A stretch of 64,000 nucleotides of DNA from an uncultured Erythrobacter sp. (GTDB lineage Bacteria > Pseudomonadota > Alphaproteobacteria > Sphingomonadales > Sphingomonadaceae): positions 198,247 to 262,246 of the forward strand of contig CANLAD010000001.1 of NCBI GenBank assembly GCA_947488755.1. Reading direction: 5' to 3'. The first letter of the stretch is position 1. Every line of letters begins with the position of its first letter. The notes beneath the pieces were generated by a model. It was not told where the DNA came from and did no database searches. It saw nothing but the letters and a program-made list of their open reading frames with translations. Position numbers and translations under genes: made by a program. Below, piece after piece: positions 15,584-25,212 of the stretch.

Positions 15584-18133
15584 ATGAGCGACGACAACGA
15601 AAAACGCACCCGTAAACCGCTGGGCCTGAAGAGGGCGGTCGATGCTGGCGAGGTCAAGCAGACCTTCAGCCACGGCCGCACGAACAAGGTCGCGGTTGAG
15701 GTGAAGCGGCGCCGCAAGCTCGTGAAACCGGGCGAGACGCCCGAACCTGCACCGACACCGGCTCCAGCGCCAGAACCGGCGCCCGCACCCGCTCCCGCGC
15801 CCGCCCCGGCACCCGCCGCGAAGAAGCCTGCGCCCAAGCGCGTGTCCTCCAGCGATGAGACCCCGCAGGAGCGCGTCGCCCGCATGCAGCGCGAGGCTGA
15901 GGAAGATCGCCTGCGTCAGGCCGAAGAGGCGCGCAAGCGTGACGAGGAAAAAGCCAAAAAGGCTGCCGAGGAAGAGAAGAAGCGCGCCGAAGACAACCGC
16001 GCGCAGGAAAAGCAGGCCGAAGCCGATGCCGAAAAGCAGGCTGAGGACGAGGCTAAGGCCAGCGAAGAAGCGGCAAACGAGGCTGCCGATGCGTCGGCTG
16101 CGGCTTCCGCAGAAACCGCCAAGACCGCGCCCGCCGCCCGCAAGTTCACACCTGTGGCTCGGCCCGAGCCCAAGCGTCCCGAGAAAAAGAAGAAGAAGGA
16201 CGACAAGCAGGTCGCTCCCAGCGGCAAGGACAAGCGTCGTTCGGGCAAGCTGACGGTCACGAAAGCGCTGAACGAGGATGAGGGGCGCCGCGCGCGCAGC
16301 CTCGCCGCGCTCAAGCGTGCGCGTGAAAAAGAACGCCGGATGCAGGGCGGCGGATCGTCCAAGCCGCGCGAGAAACAGGTGCGCGACGTGGTCGTGCCCG
16401 AAGCGATCACGGTGCAGGAGCTCGCCAACCGCATGGCCGAAAAGGGCGCGGATCTGGTGAAGGCCCTGTTCAACATGGGCATGATGGTCACCGTCAACCA
16501 GACGATTGACGCCGACACCGCCGAGCTGCTGGTCGAGGAATTCGGCCACAATATCGAGCGCGTGTCCGAAGCCGACATCGATATCGACACCAGCGGTGAG
16601 GACGATCCCGAAGAGACGCTGAAGCCGCGCCCGCCGGTCGTCACGATCATGGGGCATGTCGATCACGGCAAGACCAGCCTGCTCGATGCACTGCGCGGCA
16701 CTGACGTGACCAAAGGCGAGGCCGGGGGCATCACCCAGCACATCGGCAGCTATCAGGTGACGACGAAGGACAAGCAGAAGGTCACCTTCCTCGATACGCC
16801 GGGCCACGCAGCGTTCACCGACATGCGTCAGCGCGGGGCTAACGTTACCGATATCGTTGTTCTGGTGGTTGCCGCCGATGACGGGATCATGCCGCAGACG
16901 ATCGAGGCCATCAATCACACCAAGGCGGCTGGCGTTCCCATGATCGTCGCCATCAACAAGGTCGACAAGCCCGAGGCGAACCCGGACAATGTTCGCAACC
17001 GCCTGCTCGAACACGAAGTCATCGTCGAGAAGCTTTCGGGCGAGGTGCAGGACGTCGAGGTTTCCGCGAAGGAAAAGTCCGGGCTCGACGAACTGCTCGA
17101 GGCGATCAACGTGCAGGCCGAATTGCTGGAACTCAAGGCGCGCCCTGATCGCGATGCCGATGCGACGGTGATAGAGGCACAGCTCGACAAGGGCCGCGGC
17201 CCGGTCGCGACCGTGCTCATCACGCGCGGCACGCTCAAGCGCGGCGATACCTTCGTGGTCGGCACGGAAAGCGGCCGCGTGCGCGCGATCGTCAACGATG
17301 CGGGCAAGCAGATCAAGGAAGCCGGCCCCTCCATGCCGGTCGAAGTGCTCGGCCTTGGCGGCGTGCCGTCGGCGGGCGATCAGCTGAGCGTGGTCGAGAA
17401 CGAACAGCGCGCTCGTGAAGTCGCTGAATACCGTCAGGAAAAGGCGACCGAACAGCGCACCGCACTCGCGCCGACCAGCTTCGACACGATGTTCAACAAC
17501 CTGCAATCGGACGTCATCGAATGGCCGGTTCTGGTGAAGGCGGATGTGCAGGGCTCGGTCGAAGCGATCGTCACTGCGCTGCACAACATCTCGACCGACG
17601 ACATTAAGGTGCGTGTTCTGCACGCAGGCGTAGGCGCGATTACCGAGAGCGACGTCAGCCTGGCGGCAGCATCGAACGCGCCGATCATCGGCTTCAACGT
17701 GCGCCCCAATGCCAAGGCGCGCGAACTGGTGAAGCGCGATAATGTGCGCATGATGTACTACGACGTGATCTACAACCTGACCGAGGAAGTCGCCAAGGAA
17801 ATGGCGGGCGAGCTTGGTCCGGAGCGGATCGAAACAGTCGTCGGCCGCGCCGAGATCAAGGAAGTGTTCCGCTCGGGCAAGAAGGACAAGGCTGCCGGTC
17901 TGCTGGTCACCGACGGCGTCATCCGCAAGGGCCTGTTCGCACGTCTCACGCGCGACGATGTCATCGTATCGGCCACCACCATCGCCTCGCTGCGGCGGTT
18001 CAAGGACGACGTGGACGAGGTCCGCTCAGGACTTGAATGCGGCGTGGTGCTGGAAGACACGAATGACATCAAGCCGGGCGACAGCCTCGAAGTCTTCGAA
18101 GTCGAGGAGCGCGAGCGGACGATCGAGGTTTGA
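15584..18133 (+). CDS. infB: translation initiation factor IF-2
   Basis: 849 aa. G-domain motifs GHVDHGKTSLLD, DTPGH and NKVD are present. The N-terminal region is low-complexity Pro/Ala and Lys/Glu-rich. Confidence 0.97.
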   Translation: MSDDNEKRTRKPLGLKRAVDAGEVKQTFSHGRTNKVAVEVKRRRKLVKPGETPEPAPTPAPAPEPAPAPAPAPAPAPAAKKPAPKRVSSSDETPQERVARMQREAEEDRLRQAEEARKRDEEKAKKAAEEEKKRAEDNRAQEKQAEADAEKQAEDEAKASEEAANEAADASAAASAETAKTAPAARKFTPVARPEPKRPEKKKKKDDKQVAPSGKDKRRSGKLTVTKALNEDEGRRARSLAALKRAREKERRMQGGGSSKPREKQVRDVVVPEAITVQELANRMAEKGADLVKALFNMGMMVTVNQTIDADTAELLVEEFGHNIERVSEADIDIDTSGEDDPEETLKPRPPVVTIMGHVDHGKTSLLDALRGTDVTKGEAGGITQHIGSYQVTTKDKQKVTFLDTPGHAAFTDMRQRGANVTDIVVLVVAADDGIMPQTIEAINHTKAAGVPMIVAINKVDKPEANPDNVRNRLLEHEVIVEKLSGEVQDVEVSAKEKSGLDELLEAINVQAELLELKARPDRDADATVIEAQLDKGRGPVATVLITRGTLKRGDTFVVGTESGRVRAIVNDAGKQIKEAGPSMPVEVLGLGGVPSAGDQLSVVENEQRAREVAEYRQEKATEQRTALAPTSFDTMFNNLQSDVIEWPVLVKADVQGSVEAIVTALHNISTDDIKVRVLHAGVGAITESDVSLAAASNAPIIGFNVRPNAKARELVKRDNVRMMYYDVIYNLTEEVAKEMAGELGPERIETVVGRAEIKEVFRSGKKDKAAGLLVTDGVIRKGLFARLTRDDVIVSATTIASLRRFKDDVDEVRSGLECGVVLEDTNDIKPGDSLEVFEVEERERTIEV

Positions 18134-18150
18134 GCGCAGGAGTTGGCTGA

Positions 18151-18588
18151 ATGAGCGAAGCCGACCCCTTCGCCGTGGACAGCGATGCCTCCCCCCACGC
18201 CTCGCTGCTCGGCTCCGAGTTTGTCTCCTTCGACGAGGCGACGCAGACCGCGACCATGCGCTTTACCGTAAAGCGCGAGATGACCACCTGGCGCGGCGGC
18301 GTGCAGGGTGGGCTGGTCGCGGGCTATCTCGATGATGTGATGGGCTATGCCTATGTCGCAGCGACTGGCGGCGAGCAGGCGCCGCTCAACCTTGATCTCA
18401 GTATGACGCTGATCCGGCTAATTCCCGAAGGTTCGCTGATTGGGAAGGGCCGGGTGGTGAAGGCCGGACGCCGCGTCGTCTTTCTCGAAGGCGAGCTGCT
18501 GTCCGAGGACGGCACTCTGATGGCCCGCGCGACCTCCACCGCGCTCCCGACACCGCGTCCTTCGCCCGAAACGACAGGGATGGAATGA
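18151..18588 (+). CDS. PaaI-family (hotdog fold) thioesterase
   Basis: 145 aa. Contains ...[32 protein letters not shown]...[19 protein letters not shown], typical of the PaaI/YigI family. Confidence 0.75.
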   Translation: MSEADPFAVDSDASPHASLLGSEFVSFDEATQTATMRFTVKREMTTWRGGVQGGLVAGYLDDVMGYAYVAATGGEQAPLNLDLSMTLIRLIPEGSLIGKGRVVKAGRRVVFLEGELLSEDGTLMARATSTALPTPRPSPETTGME

Positions 18589-18995
18589 TGGCAAAACGGC
18601 AAGACTTCACCGCCGAACAGCACTCGGTTCGCGTCCTGAAAGTGGGCGAGCGGGTGCGGCATATTCTGTCGGAGCTGCTCGCGCGGCAGGAGGTGCATGA
18701 CGAGACGGTCAGCGCCTCCAATCTCGCGGTCACCGAAGTGCGGATGACGCCCGATCTGCGCAATGCGACCGCTTATGTGAAGCCGCTATTGGGCGCGGAT
18801 GAGGACGATGTGGTCCTTGCGCTGCGGCAGAACACCGCCTTCCTCCAGCGCGAGGTTGCCAAGCGCCTCGGCCTGAAATTCGCGCCCAAGCTCAAATTCC
18901 GCAAGGACGAAAGCTTTTCCGAAGCCGATCGGATCGAGGCGCTGCTGCGCGATCCGAAAGTGGCGCGCGATCTCGACAGCGATGATGCCGAATAA
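18585..18995 (+). CDS. rbfA: ribosome-binding factor A
   Basis: 136 aa; [17 protein letters not shown]...[17 protein letters not shown]...LKFRKDES. The start overlaps the upstream stop (ATGATG). Confidence 0.92.
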   Translation: MMAKRQDFTAEQHSVRVLKVGERVRHILSELLARQEVHDETVSASNLAVTEVRMTPDLRNATAYVKPLLGADEDDVVLALRQNTAFLQREVAKRLGLKFAPKLKFRKDESFSEADRIEALLRDPKVARDLDSDDAE

Positions 18996-19008
18996 GTGAG
19001 CGCGCTGG

Positions 19009-19593
19009 TTAGCGCGGCACCATCCGCGCGCGCAGGCTGATATCGACCGTATTGCCGACAATCAGCTGATAGCTCTTCATGCCGTAATCGCGGCGATCGA
19101 TCTCCATCTCGGCGGTGAACTCGACCGGCTGGCCGGTGCGCGCGCTGGGATCGCTGGCAAAGGTCACGTCGAGCGTTTCGGAGCGGGTTACGCCCCGCGC
19201 GGTCAGCTCGCCTGTCAGGGTTCCGCGGGTGGGTGATGAAAGCTCCAGCGAACGGCCCACGAAACGGATCGTGGGATAGCGTTCCACCCAGAAGAATTTC
19301 TCTCCACGCAGCCGCTTCAAGGTGGTTTCGTCCGGCGCCTCGATAGTGACGGCATCGAAGGTGACGTCGATTATCGCCTGCTCGGGAGCGCCGCGCACGA
19401 TTGTGACCGCACCTTCCATTCGCGGGAACCGCGCGGTTTTGCTGGCGAAGCCGAAAAACGCGACTTTGGCTGACACGTCGCTCGAATTACCATCAAGTTG
19501 ATAGTCGAGCGCGCCGCCGCCTTGTGCGGCGAGGCTCATGGGTAGGAGCATCGCGGCAAAGGCCACGAAGGGGGCGGCGAACATGCGGTTCAT
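19009..19593 (-). CDS. YceI-family periplasmic protein
   Basis: 194 aa from ATG 19593. Signal peptide MNRMFAAPFVAFAAMLLPMSLAAQ. YceI-like core: ...FFWVERYPTIRFVG...GELTARGVTRSE...IDRRDYGM. An alternative ATG at 19632 overlaps the abgT stop. The 469-aa ORF in the track is an artefactual extension into the abgT region. Confidence 0.8.
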   Translation of the reverse strand: MNRMFAAPFVAFAAMLLPMSLAAQGGGALDYQLDGNSSDVSAKVAFFGFASKTARFPRMEGAVTIVRGAPEQAIIDVTFDAVTIEAPDETTLKRLRGEKFFWVERYPTIRFVGRSLELSSPTRGTLTGELTARGVTRSETLDVTFASDPSARTGQPVEFTAEMEIDRRDYGMKSYQLIVGNTVDISLRARMVPR

Positions 19594-19631
19594 GGTCGAA
19601 TTGCGTTTCAGGACAGCAATCTGTTTCGCCA

Positions 19632-21266
19632 TCACTCGAACGTGCCTTCGACCGCTTGCGCCTCGATCGTCGTCGGCACTTCCATGAAGACGCTGGCGCC
19701 CGGTCCAAGCGGCAGGTCGAACACCACCCAGCCTATCGTCATCGCGAGGCCGGATATCATCAGTCCGACGGAAAACGGCAGCATGATCGCGGCGAGCGAT
19801 CCAAGGCCGAAATCGCGGTCCCAGCGCTGGCAGAAGATCAGTATCAGCGGGAAATAGACCATCAGCGGGGTGATGATGTTGGTTGCGCTGTCGCCGACGC
19901 GATAGGCGGCGGTGGCCATCTCCGGCGAGATGCCGAGCAGCATCAGCATCGGCACCATAACGGGTGAGATGAGCGCCCACTTGGCGCTCGCCGAACCGAC
20001 GAACAGGTTGAGCGCGGCGGAAACGAGGATGATCGAAGTCAGCAGCGCCCATGCGGGCATATTCGTGCTGCCGAGGAAATCCGCGCCGTTCACCGCCAGG
20101 ATCAGGCCGAGGTTGGACCAGGCGAACATCGCGACGAAATGCGCGGCAGCAAAGGCGAGGACGAGGTAATAGGCCAGATCCTCCATTGCGCCCGACATCA
20201 TTTTGACGAGGTCGCGGTGGTCGCCGATCGTGCCCGCCGCCTTGCCGTAAGCCCAGCCTGCGAACAGGAACAGAATGAAGAAGCCCGCGACCAGGCTCTT
20301 GTAAAACGGGTTCAGCCGGGCTTCGGGCGTTGCGCTCTCGTCGATCAGCGGGGTGCCCGGCCCGAGGGTAAAGGCGACCCAAAGCCCGACCACGAACAGC
20401 ACCGCGAGACCGGCCCATTTCAGACCTTTCTTCTCATCGGCGGTAAGCGGCCTGTCCGTCTCCTCGTCGGCAGCGGCATTATCGGCGCGTTCGGCGCTCC
20501 ATGTGCCAAGTCGCGGCTCAATCATGCGGTCGGTGACGAACCAGATGACGGGCAGGAAGACAAACGTCATGGCCGCGATGAAGTACCAGTTTCCGACGAT
20601 ATTGGCGGTGAAATCGCCGAAGACGGTCTCGACGCTGGCTTCGGTGATTCCGAACAGCAAAGCGTCAAGCTGACCGGGCAGGAGGTTGGCGGAAAAGCCT
20701 CCCGAGACGCCTGCAAACGCCGCGGCGATCCCGGCGATGGGATGGCGGCCAGCGGCGTGGAAGATGATCCCGGCGAGCGGGATAAGCACGACATAGGCGG
20801 CATCGGCGGCGAGGTTGCCGATCATCCCGACCAGAACCACGATCGGCGTCAGCAGCGCCTTGGGCGCATCGCGAACTCCGGCGCGCATAGCGGTGCCGAA
20901 CAGCCCGGCCCGCTCCGCCACGCCCGCACCCAGCATCACCACGAGGACATAGCCCAGCGGATGGAAGTGGGTGAAGGTGGTCGGCATCTCGACCCACAGA
21001 CGCTGAATGTTCTCGGCGGATAAAAGGCTGGCAGCCGAGATGACGCGCGCCGCGCCGGTATCGGGATCGACCTCGGTCGGATGCGAAACGGCCACGCCCG
21101 CAACGCTCGCCAGAACCGAAACGAGGATCAGCGCGAAGATCAGTCCGAAAAACAAAAAGACCGGATCGGGCAGCTTGTTGCCGCTCCGCTCGATCCAGCC
21201 GAGAAAGCCGGTCATGCCTTGTTTGTCTGTGCCGGTCCCGGTCGCATCGGCTGCCGCAGTCGCCAT
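19632..21266 (-). CDS. AbgT-family transporter (p-aminobenzoyl-glutamate/antimetabolite efflux type)
   Basis: 544 aa from MATAAADATGTGTDKQGMTGFLGWIERSGNKLPDPVFLFF. Polytopic membrane protein typical of AbgT/MtrF. Confidence 0.85.
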   Translation of the reverse strand: MATAAADATGTGTDKQGMTGFLGWIERSGNKLPDPVFLFFGLIFALILVSVLASVAGVAVSHPTEVDPDTGAARVISAASLLSAENIQRLWVEMPTTFTHFHPLGYVLVVMLGAGVAERAGLFGTAMRAGVRDAPKALLTPIVVLVGMIGNLAADAAYVVLIPLAGIIFHAAGRHPIAGIAAAFAGVSGGFSANLLPGQLDALLFGITEASVETVFGDFTANIVGNWYFIAAMTFVFLPVIWFVTDRMIEPRLGTWSAERADNAAADEETDRPLTADEKKGLKWAGLAVLFVVGLWVAFTLGPGTPLIDESATPEARLNPFYKSLVAGFFILFLFAGWAYGKAAGTIGDHRDLVKMMSGAMEDLAYYLVLAFAAAHFVAMFAWSNLGLILAVNGADFLGSTNMPAWALLTSIILVSAALNLFVGSASAKWALISPVMVPMLMLLGISPEMATAAYRVGDSATNIITPLMVYFPLILIFCQRWDRDFGLGSLAAIMLPFSVGLMISGLAMTIGWVVFDLPLGPGASVFMEVPTTIEAQAVEGTFE

Positions 21267-21427
21267 TTGAAAGTGATCCCCATCAATTCCTTTTGAACGG
21301 TTGGGACTAGCATCGCGGCACGCGCCTGTCTTGCCCCTTAACAACCTGTTGTGCCGCGCTTGGTACCCCTTGTGTACTTCTTGCGCCCCGTTCTGGCGCA
21401 CCGCGAGAAGGGTGGTAACAGGCACCT

Positions 21428-22003
21428 ATGGCCAAGCTGTATTTCTACTATGCCAGCATGAATGCGGGGAAATCCGCCACGTTGCTTCAGGCGGATTTCA
21501 ATTATCGCGAGCGCGGAATGGCGACCATGCTCTGGACCGCGGCGCTCGATACCCGCTCGGCGGGCAAGATCCGCAGCCGGATCGGGCTTGAGGCTGATGC
21601 GCGGCTTTACGATCGCGAGACCGATCTGCTGGGCGACGTGCGCGGAGTGCATCGCAGCTCGCCACTCGATTGCGTGCTGCTGGATGAAGGGCAATTCCTG
21701 ACGTCTGCGCAGGTCTGGCAACTCGCCGCAATCGCCGACGATCTGGGTCTTCCCGTGCTTTGCTATGGCCTGCGCACCGACTTCAGGGGCGAGCTTTTCC
21801 CGGGTTCAGCGGCGCTGCTCGGCATCGCTGACGCTTTGGTGGAACTGAAAGCTGTATGCCATTGCGGGCGCAAGGCGACCATGAACCTTCGGCTTGATGC
21901 TGACGGCGAGCCAGCGCGCGAGGGTGCGCAAACCGAAATCGGCGGGAATGAGAGCTACGTGGCCCTGTGCCGCCGCCATTTTCGCGCTGCGCTGAACGAT
22001 TGA
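21428..22003 (+). CDS. tdk: thymidine kinase
   Basis: 191 aa. P-loop SMNAGKSATLLQ; LDEGQFL; zinc-ribbon Cys pairs (CHCGRKAT...VALCRRH). Confidence 0.92.
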   Translation: MAKLYFYYASMNAGKSATLLQADFNYRERGMATMLWTAALDTRSAGKIRSRIGLEADARLYDRETDLLGDVRGVHRSSPLDCVLLDEGQFLTSAQVWQLAAIADDLGLPVLCYGLRTDFRGELFPGSAALLGIADALVELKAVCHCGRKATMNLRLDADGEPAREGAQTEIGGNESYVALCRRHFRAALND

Positions 22004-22043
22004 TCGTTGTCCGGCACTGGCCTCGCGGCGCGCGCCTTCCCAT

Positions 22044-22763
22044 ATGACGGTTATGTCCGACACACTCGTCATGGCGATCATCCTGATCCCCTGCATCGTC
22101 ATCGCCATCGTCTTTCACGAGGTCGCGCATGGCTGGATGGCGAAGGCGCTGGGCGACCCGACCGCGAGCGAACGCGGGCGGCTGACGCTCAACCCGCTGC
22201 CCCATGTTAGCCCGGTCGGCACGCTGTTGGTCCCCGGCGCATTGCTGTTGGCAGGCGCTCCCGCGTTCGGCTGGGCCAAGCCTGTCCCGGTGAACAAGTG
22301 GCGGCTGTCCAACCCGCGATATGGTATGATGGCAGTCGCCGCTGCGGGGCCGGGCATGAACTTCCTGCTCGCGCTGGTTGGCGCCGCCTTGATTGGTCTG
22401 TTCGGCGAGGGCGAGCGTCTTGCGGCGAGCGGTACTTTGGCCATGGTGGTCGATGGCAGCGGCGCAGTCCAGCCATTCGACAGCGCAATGATCTACTTCA
22501 TCCTGATCAACATTTTCCTTGGTCTTTTCAACTTGTTGCCGATCCCGCCCTTCGACGGTTCGCACATTCTCGGCGGTCTGCTTCCCGGTGGCCTGCGCCG
22601 TCATTGGGAGCGCTTGCAGCGCTTCGGGATTTTTCTGATACTCGGCGTCATCGCGTACAGCTGGGTGTTCGGCACCGGCTGGCTTCAGGTCACGGTTCTG
22701 CCGCTGGTCGAGTGGGCCCTGGATTTTTTCCTCGGCCTTGTCGGTTATGATCTAGCTTTGTAG
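22044..22763 (+). CDS. site-2 protease family (M50) membrane metalloprotease
   Basis: 239 aa. HEVAHG (HExxH) lies in the first TM region; NLLPIPPFDGSH is the second M50 motif. Confidence 0.85.
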   Translation: MTVMSDTLVMAIILIPCIVIAIVFHEVAHGWMAKALGDPTASERGRLTLNPLPHVSPVGTLLVPGALLLAGAPAFGWAKPVPVNKWRLSNPRYGMMAVAAAGPGMNFLLALVGAALIGLFGEGERLAASGTLAMVVDGSGAVQPFDSAMIYFILINIFLGLFNLLPIPPFDGSHILGGLLPGGLRRHWERLQRFGIFLILGVIAYSWVFGTGWLQVTVLPLVEWALDFFLGLVGYDLAL

Positions 22764-24266
22764 TGCGACCGCGGCGTCGAACCAGCGCGCGACACGGGCC
22801 TGTTCTTCCTCGTTCAGGTGCAGATAGAGTTTGGAGCGCCGCTTGAGCACGTCTTCGGCACAGCGCGCAAATTCGCAGCGCACGAGGTAGCGCAGCTCTG
22901 CCTCATAGAGGTCGCCGCCAATATGCTCACCCAGATCGTTGATAGCCTCCGCACCGCCCAGCACGTCCACCATTCGCGTGCCGTAAGCCCGCGCAAGCCG
23001 ACGCAGCATTGGCCCGGGTAGCCACGGATTGGCAGCATGTTGCCGATCGAGAAACGCCTCGAAGCCGCGCGCGTCGACATCACCACCGGGGAGCGGTCTG
23101 TCGGCAGTCCACTCGCTTCCGGGCGCCCCGAGTTTCGCGAGCGCATGTTCGGCGAGCTTGCGATAGGTCGTGATCTTTCCGCCAAAGATCGAAAGCAGCG
23201 CTGGTCCCGCCCGGTCCAGCTCGAAAACATAGTCCCGTGTCACGGTCGAATTCGAGGCGGCGTTGTTCTCATAAAGCGGGCGCACGCCGGCGTAACTTGC
23301 GATCGCTTGCTCGGGATCGACATCCTTTTCGAGGTACTCGTTGACGGCGGCGCAGATATATCGCGCTTCCTCACCGCTGATGTCGATCTTTGAGGGATCG
23401 CCGGTGAACAGCACGTCAGTCGTCCCGACCAGCGTGAACTCGCGCTCATACGGGATCGCAAAGACGATGCGCCCGTCGCCGTTCTGAAAAATGTAGGCGT
23501 GATCGCCCGCGAACAGGCGCGGGAAGATCAGGTGACTGCCTTTCACGAGACGCAGGTTGGTGTGGCTCTCTTGGGGCAGGGCCCGCCCCAGAACACTATC
23601 GACCCACGGACCCGCGGCATTGACGACCTGCCGTGCGGTGATCTGCTCCTCACCGTCCGCACCGCATAAGGTCGCCCTCCAGAACGCGTCGCCGCGTTCG
23701 AGGCCGGTGCATTCGGTGCGGGTGCGGATATGTGCGCCGCGCTCTTGTGCATCCATGCAATTGAGGACGACCAGCCGCGCATCTTCGACCCAGCAATCGG
23801 AATATTCGAAGCCCTCGGTCAAACGCCGTTCAAGCACGTCGTCATGCGGCGGAGTGCGCAAGTCGACCGTTCGCGTAGGCGGGAGCAGCTTGCGCCCGCC
23901 GATATGGTCGTAGAGAAACAGGCCTAGCCGCAGCAGCCAACGCGGACGCATCCCGATGTCATGCGGCAGGACGAAGCGAAGCGGCCAGATAATGTGCGGC
24001 GCGATGGCGAGCAGCCGCTCGCGCTCGATCAGGCTTTCACGCACAAGCCGAAACTCGCGCTGTTCGAGATAGCGCAGGCCGCCATGGACCAGTTTGGTCG
24101 AAGCGCTGGACGTGTGCTGTGCGAGATCGTCTTTTTCGACCAGACACACGCGCATCCCGCGCCCCGCCGCATCGCGCGCGATCCCCGCGCCGTTAATGCC
24201 GCCCCCGATGATCAGCAGGTCGAATGGCTCTTCTTGGGTTGGGATACGACGGCTCGCAAACGGCAG
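22752..24266 (-). CDS. glpD: glycerol-3-phosphate dehydrogenase (FAD-dependent); start codon unresolved, CTG 24266 assumed
   Basis: Colinear with E. coli GlpD (SSASTKLVHGGLRYLE, RDY..., GGKITTYRKLAEHAL). The FAD motif FDLLIIGGGINGAGIARDAAGRG is encoded in frame upstream of the first ATG (24155). Between it and the in-frame TAG (24285-24287) there is no ATG, GTG or TTG. Confidence 0.85.
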   Translation of the reverse strand: MPFASRRIPTQEEPFDLLIIGGGINGAGIARDAAGRGMRVCLVEKDDLAQHTSSASTKLVHGGLRYLEQREFRLVRESLIERERLLAIAPHIIWPLRFVLPHDIGMRPRWLLRLGLFLYDHIGGRKLLPPTRTVDLRTPPHDDVLERRLTEGFEYSDCWVEDARLVVLNCMDAQERGAHIRTRTECTGLERGDAFWRATLCGADGEEQITARQVVNAAGPWVDSVLGRALPQESHTNLRLVKGSHLIFPRLFAGDHAYIFQNGDGRIVFAIPYEREFTLVGTTDVLFTGDPSKIDISGEEARYICAAVNEYLEKDVDPEQAIASYAGVRPLYENNAASNSTVTRDYVFELDRAGPALLSIFGGKITTYRKLAEHALAKLGAPGSEWTADRPLPGGDVDARGFEAFLDRQHAANPWLPGPMLRRLARAYGTRMVDVLGGAEAINDLGEHIGGDLYEAELRYLVRCEFARCAEDVLKRRSKLYLHLNEEEQARVARWFDAAVALQS

Positions 24267-24336
24267 ATCGGCAGGGCGAGCGGTCTAGCTGCCCCAGCAC
24301 GGCCTTGCTGGCAAGCGTGGCCTCGACGTAGCCGGG

Positions 24337-25212
24337 TCAGGCAGGTTCGCGAGCAGGGGCGAACTGTGCGAGCGCGCAGCGGTGGCTGTCTGCATAACGC
24401 TCGCCGATCATCGCGGCGTATGTCTCGACGGTATCCAGCCCGCTTTCAAGGCATGTCAGGAAGGCATCAGTGATACGCTGCTGTTGGTCGGGAGCCGGCA
24501 CCGCCTCGGCCACGCGCATGACAAAGCCGCGGATGGTATCATTGCGCGTTGGTCTTGCATTGCGGGCGGAGGGGCCGGGCATCCGAGTGATGGCATCGAG
24601 AACGCCAAGATGTTCCAGTATACCCGCTCCGGGAAACGCGCCCGCAGCAGTAAAGTCATGGGCGACAACACGCGCACCGGTGCGCTCTGACAGCCTAGAG
24701 AGGTCGCGGGCGTGATCAAAAGCATAATACCAGTACGGCGTCCCCGCGTCGGGCATGGGCGCGGCCATATGGACAAAGCCGCGCCGCATCACATCGTAGA
24801 AGAGCTGGAAAGCGTCGGCATAGATGTGATGCTGAAGCTGCGCGAACAGGCTGGCGAACGCTTGACCCGGGTCGCGCAGCACCACGTGCCATTCGACTTC
24901 GGCAATCCCGGCCATCTCCGCCGCGCGTTCGATCGCGGCCAGCGGTCGGTCATCGTAAAGCGCACCCTCGAGATCTTCGGATGACAGGATCAGCGCCGAA
25001 CACGCCGCCTCGCTTGCCTCGCGCGCCATCTTTATCAGCGGCTGCTCATCGCCCGCCAACAGCCGCCACGCAGCGGCATGATGCGCGGGATATCCGGATT
25101 GATGCTGATAATAGACACCGCGCGCCGCAAGCTGTGCATGATGGTCGTTCAGAACGTGCTGAAGGTAGGTCGAGCCGGTTTTGTGGAGGCCGGGATGGAT
25201 GATCAGCTTCAT
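24337..25212 (-). CDS. hypothetical protein, sulfotransferase-like N-terminal P-loop
   Basis: 291 aa from MKLIIHPGLHKTGSTYLQ. This resembles the 5'-PSB loop (PKxGTT/S) of sulfotransferase-fold proteins. The rest shows no motif I can name. Confidence 0.5.
   Translation of the reverse strand: MKLIIHPGLHKTGSTYLQHVLNDHHAQLAARGVYYQHQSGYPAHHAAAWRLLAGDEQPLIKMAREASEAACSALILSSEDLEGALYDDRPLAAIERAAEMAGIAEVEWHVVLRDPGQAFASLFAQLQHHIYADAFQLFYDVMRRGFVHMAAPMPDAGTPYWYYAFDHARDLSRLSERTGARVVAHDFTAAGAFPGAGILEHLGVLDAITRMPGPSARNARPTRNDTIRGFVMRVAEAVPAPDQQQRITDAFLTCLESGLDTVETYAAMIGERYADSHRCALAQFAPAREPA

Noticed and set aside
15720-15830. Repetitive CCNGCN DNA (PAPTPAPAPEPAPAPAPAPAPAPAA) near the infB 5' end as a possible non-coding repeat or CRISPR-like array.
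   Set aside because: It is in frame within IF-2 and encodes the usual low-complexity N-terminal linker. It has no spacer/repeat periodicity.
19009-20418. 469-aa ORF in the track fusing the YceI-like gene to upstream sequence.
   Set aside because: Only the last 194 aa are YceI-like and begin with a proper signal peptide. The upstream 275 codons overlap the AbgT transporter gene in another frame and are Arg/Pro-rich nonsense.
24872-24891. TGGCAC hexamers inside coding sequence. One is on the minus strand at 24886-24891 within the sulfotransferase-like gene, and another is near 25224.
   Set aside because: There is no correctly spaced TTGC/-12 element, and both sit inside or at the edge of CDSs. 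They are chance occurrences in GC-rich DNA.
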